Part shown: piece by piece, positions 10,578-18,911 of the stretch | How the letters are laid out: every line of letters begins with the position of its first letter | Numbering within the stretch: position 1 is the stretch's first letter | From: Utricularia gibba | Taxonomy: Eukaryota > Plantae > Magnoliophyta | Direction of reading: 5' to 3' | DNA: 18,911 bases | Assembly: GCA_002189035.1 (NCBI GenBank) | Contig: NEEC01000355.1 | Location: 1-18,911, forward strand | Made by a program: the position numbers and the translations under genes | Notes under the pieces: model-generated | What the model was told of the DNA's origin: nothing | Databases searched by the model: none | Seen by the model: only the letters and a program-made list of their open reading frames with translations

Positions 10578-13051
10578 TTCGGCGCTATTAGGCTGCCTAC
10601 ATAGTTTCTCAAGGAAAAGCTTGTCGTTTCTGGGCGGGTGATGTCGTTTGGAACTTCGTTCTGACCAAGGTTCTGTCTGACTCCTTTGCCACATCGGGTC
10701 CTACTCGACGAATTGTGATGCAGTTATTGAAGTTAGGATGTCATGAGCACCCAAAATGGTTTTCTCAACCGCATGCTTTATATTTGATAAGGCGCTCTCG
10801 TGGGCAACGGTATCGAGCAGGAGGTCGAGTCGAGCTGGGCCCATAGTCATTTGTAGCTCGGCAAAAAAATTGATGCATTTATTAACGTTGGTTTTAATAA
10901 CGCCTACATTGTTTTCTCAAGAAAAGCTTGTCGTTTCTGGCGGGTGATGTCGTTGGGAACTTCGTTCTGACCAAGGTTCTGTCTGACTCCTTTGCCACAT
11001 CGGGTCCTACTCGACGAAAATCGTGATGCAGTTATTGAAGTTAGGATATCATGAGCACCCAAAATGGTTTTCTCAACCGCATGCTTTATATTTGATAAGG
11101 TGCTCTCGTGGGCAACGGTATCGAGCAGGAGGTCGAGTCGAGCTCGGGCCAGAGTCATTTGTAGCCCGGCAAAAAAATTGATGCATTTATTAACGTTCGG
11201 CTTTATTAGGCTGCCTACATAGTTTCTCAAGGAAAAGCTTGTCGTTTCTGGGCGGGTGATGTCTTTTGGAACTTCGTTCTGACCATAGGTTCGGTCTGAC
11301 TCCTTTGCCACATCGGGTCCTACTCGACGAAAATCGTGATGCAGTTATTGAAGTTAGGATATCATGAGCACCCAAAATGGTTTTCTCAACCGCATGCTTT
11401 ATATTTGATAAGGCACTCTCGTGGGCAACGGTATCGAGCAGGAGGTCGAGTCGAGCTCGGCCCAGAGTCATTTGTAGCCCGGCAAAAAATTGATGCATTT
11501 ATTAACGTTCGGCTTTATTAGGCTGCCTACATAGTTTCTCAAGGAAAAGCTTGTCGTTTCTGGCGGGTGATGTCTTTGGAACTTCGTTCTGACCAAGGTT
11601 CGTCTGACTCCTTTGCCACATCGGGTCCTACTCGACGAAAATCGTGATGCAGTTATTGAAGTTAGGATATCATGAGCACCCAAAATGGTTTTCTCAACCG
11701 CATGCTTTATATTTGATAAGGCACTCTCGTGGGGCAACGGTATCGAGCAGGAGGTCGAGTCGAGCTCGGGCCCAGAGTCATTTGTAGCCCGGCAAAAAAA
11801 TTGATGCATTTATTAACGTTTTTATTAGGCTGCCTACATAGTTTCTCAAGGAAAAGCTTGTCGTTTCTGGGCGGGTGATGTCTTTTGGAACTTCGTTCTG
11901 ACCATAGGTTCGGTCTGACTCCTTTGCCACATCGGGTCCTACTCGACGAAAATCGTGATGCAGTTATTGAAGTTAGGATATCATGAGCACCCAAAATGGT
12001 TTTCTCAACCGCATGCTTTATATTTGATAAGGCACTCTCGTGGGGCAACGGTATCGAGCAGGAGGTCGAGTCGAGCTCGGGCCCAGAGTCATTTGTAGCC
12101 CGGCAAAAAAATTGATGCATTTATTAACGTTCGGCTTTATTAGCTGCCTACATAGTTTCTCAAGGAAAAGCTTGTCGTTTCTGGGCGGGTGATGTCTTTT
12201 GGAACTTCGTTCTGACCATAGGTTCGGTCTGACTCCTTTGCCACATCGGGTCCTACTCAACGAAAATCGTGATGCAGTTGTTGAAGTTAGGATATCATGA
12301 GCACCCAAAAGGGTTTTCTCAACGCATGCTTTATATTTGATAAGGCACTCTCGTGGGGCAACGGTATCGAGCAGGAGGTCGAGTCGAGCTCGGTCCCAGA
12401 GTCATTTGTAGCCCGGCAAAAAAATTGATGCATTTATTAACGTTCGGCTTTATTAGGCTGCCTACATAGTTTCTCAAGGAAAAGCTTGTCGTTTCTGGGC
12501 GGGTGATGTCTTTTGGAACTTCGTTCTGACCATAGGTTCGTCTGACTCCTTTGCCACATCGGGTCCTACTCGACGAAAATCGTGATGCAGTTATTGAAGT
12601 TAGGATATCATGAGCACCCAAAATGGTTTTCTCAACCGCATGCTTTATATTTGATAAGGTGCTCTCGTGGGGCAACGGTATCGAGCAGGAGGTCGAGTCG
12701 AGCTCGGGCCCATAGTCATTTGTAGCTCGGCAAAAAAACTTGATGCATTTATTAACGGTTTTTAATTGGCGCCTAATAGTTTTCTCAAGGAAAAGCTTGT
12801 CGTTTTTGGGCGGGTGATGTCTTTTGGAACTTCGTTCTGACCATAGGGTCGGTCTGACTCCTTTGCCACATCGGGTCCTACTCGACGAAAATCGTGATGC
12901 AGTTATTGAAGTTAGGATATCATGAGCACCCAAAATGGTTTTCTCAACCGCATGCTTTATATTTGATAAGGCACTCTCGTGGGGCAACGGTATCGAGCAG
13001 GAGGTCGAGTCGAGCTCGGGCCCAGAGTCATTTGTAGCCCGGCAAAAAAAT

Positions 13052-13366
13052 TGATGCATTTATTAACGTTCGGCTTTATTAGGCTGCCTACATAGTTTCT
13101 CAAGGAAAAGCTTGTCGTTTCTGGGCGGGTGATGTCTTTTGGAACTTCGTTCTGACCATAGGTTCGGTCTGACTCCTTTGCCACATCGGGTCCTACTCAA
13201 CGAAAATCGTGATGCAGTTGTTGAAGTTAGGATATCATGAGCACCCAAAAGGGTTTTCTCAACCGCATGCTTTATATTTGATAAGGCACTCTCGTGGGGC
13301 AACGGTATCGAGCAGGAGGTCGAGTCGAGCTCGGTCCCAGAGTCATTTGTAGCCCGGCAAAAAAAT
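13052..13366 (+). repeat. Internal dimer structure: 158-bp subunit alpha (13052-13209) + 157-bp subunit beta (13210-13366)
   Basis: TGATGCA starts at 13052, 13210 and 13367. TGATGCATTTATTAACGTTCGG aligns to TGATGCAGTTATTGAAGTTAGG; a hand alignment gives 45/70 identities over the first 70 columns, weaker beyond. Confidence 0.9.
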
Positions 13367-13698
13367 TGATGCATTTATTAACGTTCGGCTTTATTAGGCT
13401 GCCTACATAGTTTCTCAAGGAAAAGCTTGTCGTTTCTGGGCGGGTGATGTCTTTTGGAACTTCGTTCTGACCATAGGTTCGTTCTGACTCCTTTGCCACA
13501 TCGGGTCCTACTCGACGAAAATCGTGATGCAGTTATTGAAGTTAGGATATCATGAGCACCCAAAATGGTTTTCTCAACCGCATGCTTTATATTTGATAAG
13601 GCACTCTCGTGGGGCAACGGTATCGAGCAGGAGGTCGAGTCGAGCTCGGGCCCAGAGTCATATGTAGCCCGGCAAAAAAATTGATGCATTTATTAACG

Positions 13699-14008
13699 TT
13701 CGGCTTTATTAGGCTGCCTACATAGTTTCTCAAGGAAAAGCTTGTCGTTTCTGCGCGGTGATGTCGTTGGAACTTCGTTCGGACCAAGGTTCTGTCTGAC
13801 TCCTTTGCCACATCGGGTCCAACTTGACGAAAATCGTGATGCAGTTATTGACGTTAGGATTTCATGAGCACCCAAAATGCTTTTTTCAATCGCATGCTTT
13901 GTATTTAGGAGGCGCTCTAGTGGGGCACGGTATCGGGCAAAAGGTCGAGTCGGGCTCGCTCCAGAGTCGTTTGTAGCCCGACAAAAAATATTGATGCATT
14001 TATTAACG
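13699..14008 (+). repeat. D-type monomer
   Basis: Same diagnostic set as 4949-5255. Confidence 0.9.
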
Positions 14009-15247
14009 TTCGGCGCTATTAGGCTGCCTACATAGTTTCTCAAGGAAAAGCTTATCGTTTCTGGGCGGGTGATGTCGTTGGGAACTTCGTTCGGACCCAA
14101 GGTTCTGACTGACTCCTTTGCCACATCGGGTCCTACTCGACGAAAATTGTGATGCAGTTATTGAAGTTAGGATGTCATGAGCACCCAAAATGGTTTTCTC
14201 AACCGCATGCTTTATATTTGAGGAGGCGCTCTCGTGGGCAACGGTATCGAGTAGGGGTCGAGTCGAGCTTCCCATAGTCATTTGTAGCTCGGCAAAAAAC
14301 TTGATGCATTAATTAACGTTGGGTTTATTAGGCCTACATTGTTTCTCAAGAAAAGCTTGTCGTTTCTGCGGGGTGATGTCGTTGGAACTTCGTTCGGACC
14401 AAGGTTCTGTCTGACTCCTTTGCCACATCGGGTCCTACTCGACGAAAATCGTGATGCAGTTATTGAAGTTAGGATGTCATGAGCACCCAAAATGGTTTTC
14501 TCAACCGCATGCTTTATATTTGATAAGGTGCTCTCGTGGGGCAACGGTATCGAGCAGGAGGTCGAGTCGAGCTCGGGCCCAGAGTCATTTGTAGCCCGAC
14601 AAAAATATTGATGCATTTATTAACGTTCGGCGCTATTAGGCTGCCTACATAGTTTCTCAAGGAAAAGCTTATCGTTTCTGGCGGGTGATGTCGTTGGAAC
14701 TTCGTTCGGACCAAGGTTCTGACTGACTCCTTTGCCACATCGGGTCCTACTCGACGAAAATCGTGATGCAGTTATTGAAGTTAGGATGTCATGAGCACCC
14801 AAAATGGTTTTCTCAACCGCATGCTTTATATTTGAGGCGCTCTCGTGGGGCAACGGTATCGAGTAGGAGGTCGAGTCGAGCTCGGGCCCATAGTCATTTG
14901 TAGCTCGGCAAAAACTTGATGCATTAATTAACGTTGGGTTTTAATAGAACGCCTACATTGTTTCTCAAGGAAAAGCTTGTCGTTTCTGCGCGGGTGATGT
15001 CGTTGGGAACTTCGTTCGGACCCAAGGTTCTGTCTGACTCCTTTGCCACATCGGGTCCTACTCGACGAAAATCGTGATGCAGTTATTGAAGTTAGGATTT
15101 CATGAGCACCCAAAATGGTTTTCTCAACCGCATGCTTTATATTTGATAAGGTGCTCTCGTGGGGCAACGGTATCGAGCAGGAGGTCGAGTCGAGCTCGGT
15201 CCAGAGTCATTTGTAGCCCGGCAAAAAAATTGATGCATTTATTAACG
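14009..15247 (+). repeat. Variant block B1-E-B2-F
   Basis: GGCGCTATT and GCTTATCG starts at 14009 and 14626; E ends CCCGACAAAAATATTG; F begins TAATAGAACGCCTACATTG. Confidence 0.8.
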
Positions 15248-15556
15248 TTCGGCTTTATTAGGCTGCCTACATAGTTTCTCAAGGAAAAGCTTGTCGTTTC
15301 TGCGGGTGATGTCTTTGGAACTTCGTTCTGACCATAGGTTCGGTCTGACTCCTTTGCCACATCGGGTCCTACTCGACGAAAATCGTGATGCAGTTATTGA
15401 AGTTAGGATATCATGAGCACCAAAATGGTTTTCTCAACCGCATGCTTTTATATTTGATAGGGCTCTCGTGGGGCAACGGTATCGAGCAGGAGGTCGAGTC
15501 GAGCTCGGGCCCAGAGTCATTTGTAGCCGGCAAAAAAATTGATGCATTTATTAACG

Positions 15557-15871
15557 TTCGGCTTTATTAGGCTGCCTACATAGTTTCTCAAGGAAAAGCT
15601 TGTCGTTTCTGGGCGGGTGATGTCTTTTGGAACTTCGTTCTGACCATAGGTTCGGTCTGACTCCTTTGCCACATCGGGTCCTACTCGACGAAAATCGTGA
15701 TGCAGTTATTGAAGTTAGGATATCATGAGCACCCAAAATGGTTTTCTCAACCGCATGCTTTATATTTGATAAGGCACTCTCGTGGGGCAACGGTATCGAG
15801 CAGGAGGTCGAGTCGAGCTCGGGCCCAGAGTCATTTGTAGCCCGGCAAAAAAATTGATGCATTTATTAACG
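15557..15871 (+). repeat. Representative full-length 315-bp A2-type monomer
   Basis: Hand count G=80, C=67 (46.7% GC), 18 CpG. Single HindIII (AAGCTT), EcoRV (GATATC), SphI (GCATGC), SacI (GAGCTC), ApaI (GGGCCC) and NsiI (ATGCAT) sites. Confidence 0.95.
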
Positions 15872-18682
15872 TTCGGCTTTATTAGGCTGCCTACATAGTT
15901 TCTCAAGGAAAAGCTTGTCGTTTCTGGCGGGTGATGTCTTTTGGAACTTCGTTCTGACCATAGGTTCGGTCTGACTCTTTGCCACATCGGGTCCTACTCA
16001 ACGAAAATCGTGATGCAGTTATTGAAGTTAGGATATCATGAGCACCCAAAAGGGTTTTCTCAACCGCATGCTTTATATTTGATAAGGCACTCTCGTGGGG
16101 CAACGGTATCGAGCAGGAGGTCGAGTCGAGCTCGGTCCCAGAGTCATTTGTAGCCCGGCAAAAAATTGATGCATTTATTAACGTTCGGCTTTATTAGGCT
16201 GCCTACATAGTTTCTCAAGGAAAAGCTTGTCGTTTCTGGGCGGGTGATGTCTTTTGGAACTTCGTTCTGACCATAGGTTCGGTCTGACTCCTTTGCCACA
16301 TCGGGTCCTACTCAACGAAAATCGTGATGCAGTTATTGAAGTTAGGATATCATGAGCACCCAAAATGGTTTTCTCAACCGCATGCTTTATATTTGATAAG
16401 GCACTCTCGTGGGGCAACGGTATCGAGCAGGAGGTCGAGTCGAGCTCGGTCCCAGAGTCATTTGTAGCCCGGCAAAAAATTGATGCATTTATTAACGTTC
16501 GGCTTTATTAGGCTGCCTACATAGTTTCTCAAGGAAAAGCTTGTCGTTTCTGGGCGGGTGATGTCTTTGGGAACTTCGTTCTGACCATAGGTTCGGTCTG
16601 ACTCCTTTGCCACATCGGGTCCTACTCGACGAAAATCGTGATGCAGTTATTGAAGTTAGGATATCATGAGCACCCAAAATGGTTTTCTCAACCGCATGCT
16701 TTATATTTGATAAGGCTCTCGTGGGGCAACGGTATCGAGCAGGAGGTCGAGTCGAGCTCGGCCCAGAGTCATTTGTAGCCCGGCAAAAAACTTGATGCAT
16801 TTATTAACGTTCGGCTTTATTAGGCTGCCTACATAGTTTTCTCAAGGAAAAGCTTGTCGTTTTGGGCGGGTGATGTCTTTTGGAACTTCGTTCTGACCAT
16901 AGGTTCGGTCTGACTCCTTTGCCACATCGGGTCCTACTCGACGAAAATCGTGATGCAGTTATTGAAGTTAGGATATCATGAGCACCCAAAATGGTTTTCT
17001 CAACCGCATGCTTTATATTTGATAAGGCACTCTCGTGGGGCAACGGTATCGAGCAGGAGGTCGAGTCGAGCTCGGGCCCAGAGTCATTTGTAGCCCGGCA
17101 AAAAAATTGATGCATTTATTAACGTTCGGCTTTATTAGGCTGCCTACATAGTTTCTCAAGGAAAAGCTTGTCGTTTCTGGGCGGGTGATGTCTTTTGGAA
17201 CTTCGTTCTGACCATAGGTTCGTTCTGACTCCTTTGCCACATCGGGTCCTACTCGACGAAAATCGTGATGCAGTTATTGAAGTTAGGATATCATGAGCAC
17301 CCAAATGGTTTTCTCAACCGCATGCTTTATATTTTGATAAGGCACTCTCGTGGGGCAACGGTATCGAGCAGGAGGTCGAGTCGAGCTCGGTCCCAGAGTC
17401 ATTTGTAGCCCGGCAAAAAAATTGATGCATTTATTAACGTTCGGCTTTATTAGGCTGCCTACATAGTTTCTCAAGGAAAAGCTTGTCGTTTCTGGCGGGT
17501 GATGTCTTTTGGAACTTCGTTCTGACCATAGGTTCGTTCTGACTCCTTTGCCACATCGGGTCCTACTCGACGAAAATCGTGATGCAGTTATTGAAGTTAG
17601 GATATCATGAGCACCCAAAATGGTTTTCTCAACCGCATGCTTTATATTTGATAAGGTGCTTCGTGGGCAACGGTATCGAGCAGGAGGTCGAGTCGAGCTC
17701 GGCCCATAGTCATTTGTAGCTCGGCAAAAAATTGATGCATTTATTAACGTTGTTTTATTGGCTGCCTACATGGTTTCTCAAGGAAAAGCTTGTCGTTTTG
17801 GGCGGGTGATGTCTTTTGGAACTTCGTTCTGACCAAGGTTCGGTCTGACTCCTTTGCCACATCGGGTCCTACTCGACGAAAATCGTGATGCAGTTATTGA
17901 AGTTAGGATATCATGAGCACCCAAAATGGTTTTCTCAACCGCATGCTTTATATTTGATAAGGCACTCTCGTGGGGCAACGGTATCGAGCAGGAGGTCGAG
18001 TCGAGCTCGGGCCCAGAGTCATTTGTAGCCCGGCAAAAAATTGATGCATTTATTAACGTTCGGCTTTATTAGGCTGCCTACATAGTTTCTCAAGGAAAAG
18101 CTTGTCGTTTCTGGGCGGGTGATGTCTTTTGGAACTTCGTTCTGACCATAGGTTCGTTCTGACTCCTTTGCCACATCGGGTCCTACTCGACGAAAATCGT
18201 GATGCAGTTATTGAAGTTAGGATATCATGAGCACCCAAAATGGTTTTCTCAACCGCATGCTTTATATTTGATAAGGCACTCTCGTGGGGCAACGGTATCG
18301 AGCAGGAGGTCGAGTCGAGCTCGGTCCCAGAGTCATTTGTAGCCCGGCAAAAAAATTGATGCATTTATTAACGTTCGGCTTTATAGGCTGCCTACATAGT
18401 TTCTCAAGGAAAAGCTTGTCGTTTCTGGGCGGGTGATGTCTTTTGGAACTTCGTTCTGACCATAGGTTCGTTCTGACTCCTTTGCCACATCGGGTCCTAC
18501 TCGACGAAAATCGTGATGCAGTTATGAAGTTAGGATTCATGAGCACCCAAAATGGTTTTCTCAACCGCATGCTTTATATTGATAAGGCACTCTCGTGGGG
18601 CAACGGTATCGAGCAGGAGGTCGAGTCGAGCTCGGCCCAGAGTCATTGTAGCCCGGCAAAAAAATTGATGCATTTATTAACG

Positions 18683-18911
18683 TTCGGCTTTAGGCTGCCC
18701 TACATAGTTTTCTCAAGGAAAAGCTTGTCGTTTCTGCGCGGGTGATGTCGTTGGAACTTCGTTCGGACCCAAGGTTCTGTCTGACTCCTTTGCCACATCG
18801 GGTCCAACTTGACGAAAATCGTGATGCAGTTATTGACGTTAGGATTTCATGAGCACCCAAAATGCTTTTTTCAATCGCATGCTTTGTATTTAGGAGGCGC
18901 TCTAGTGGGGC
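18683..18911 (+). repeat. Partial D-type monomer starting the next higher-order unit
   Basis: CCAACTTGACG at 18804, GACGTTAGG, CAATCG, CTCTAGTGGGG; truncated by the window end. Confidence 0.9.

Larger units (their letters stand above)
10274..13698 (+). repeat. Higher-order unit 2 (11 monomers): D, B1, F, A x4, C pair, A x2
   Basis: Bounded by D markers at 10394 and 13819; lacks the E and B2 monomers. Confidence 0.8.
13699..18682 (+). repeat. Higher-order unit 3 (16 monomers): D, B1, E, B2, F, A x7, C pair, A x2
   Basis: Bounded by D markers at 13819 and 18804. Confidence 0.85.
1..18911 (+). repeat. Tandem satellite DNA array, ~315-bp monomer, 60 full copies + 1 partial, all head-to-tail
   Basis: The anchor ...GATGCATT(T/A)ATTAACG|TT... 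recurs about every 304-315 bp from start to end (monomer starts 1, 315, 622, 926 ... 18374, 18683). Exact 315-bp periods occur at 13069/13384/13699. No non-repeat sequence or orientation switch was seen. Confidence 0.99.

Noticed and set aside
13476-13492. GGTTCG...GACTCC as a tRNA T-loop or Pol III B-box (tRNA/SINE origin)
   Set aside because: It does not fit GTTCRANNC, and I see no A-box or cloverleaf.
13901-13910. TTTAGGA and GTTAGGA as telomeric repeats
   Set aside because: These are isolated single heptamers, never tandem.
15802-15822. TCGAG micro-repeats and short palindromes (CGAGCTCG, AACGTT, ATGCAT) as cruciform or binding sites
   Set aside because: Stems are 4-5 bp at most; density is not clearly above chance without computation.
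203-18745. All ORFs in the six-frame track, including the 242-aa (12331-13059), 209-aa and 183-aa ones, as protein-coding genes
   Set aside because: They are the same few repeat translations joined by frameshifts, show no recognisable domain, and their variants are not biased to synonymous sites.
1-18911. CRISPR array
   Set aside because: The unit is 315 bp with no unique spacers; the entire sequence is repeated.
1-18911. 5S rDNA or snRNA gene tandem array
   Set aside because: The unit size is similar to plant 5S arrays, but there is no recognisable 5S or snRNA sequence and no conserved-gene versus variable-spacer contrast.
1-18911. Centromere assignment or CENP-B-like box
   Set aside because: The subunit size is compatible, but I recognise no motif and function cannot be read from sequence alone.
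1-18911. Embedded LTR, TIR or other mobile element
   Set aside because: No non-satellite segment, terminal repeat or target-site duplication was found.

Overview
The whole 18.9 kb window is one uninterrupted, head-to-tail eukaryotic satellite DNA array: 60 complete monomers plus a 229-bp partial one. The full-length consensus is 315 bp (about 47% GC by hand count of 15557-15871) and the mean observed length is about 311 bp. I found no gene, RNA gene, transposon, CRISPR array, telomeric tract or inversion; every ORF in the track is a translation of the repeat. The array has three nested levels. (1) Each 315-bp monomer is a diverged dimer of 158+157 bp subunits. (2) Monomers fall into a dominant A class (subtypes A1/A2) and minority variants, here labelled B1, B2, C, D, E, F, G and H. 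(3) The variants always recur in the order D > B-block > A(n) > C > A(m), giving variable-length higher-order repeats of 17, 11 and 16 monomers. Single-copy anomalies include a 22-nt templated insertion (9818-9839) and a monomer with two deletions (1548-1833). Size, AT content, a single SacI site and the dimeric build resemble what I recall of the Silene latifolia X43.1/SacI/KpnI subtelomeric satellite, but this is unverified. Pervasive 1-bp deletions suggest imperfectly polished long-read sequence, which limits fine-scale claims.
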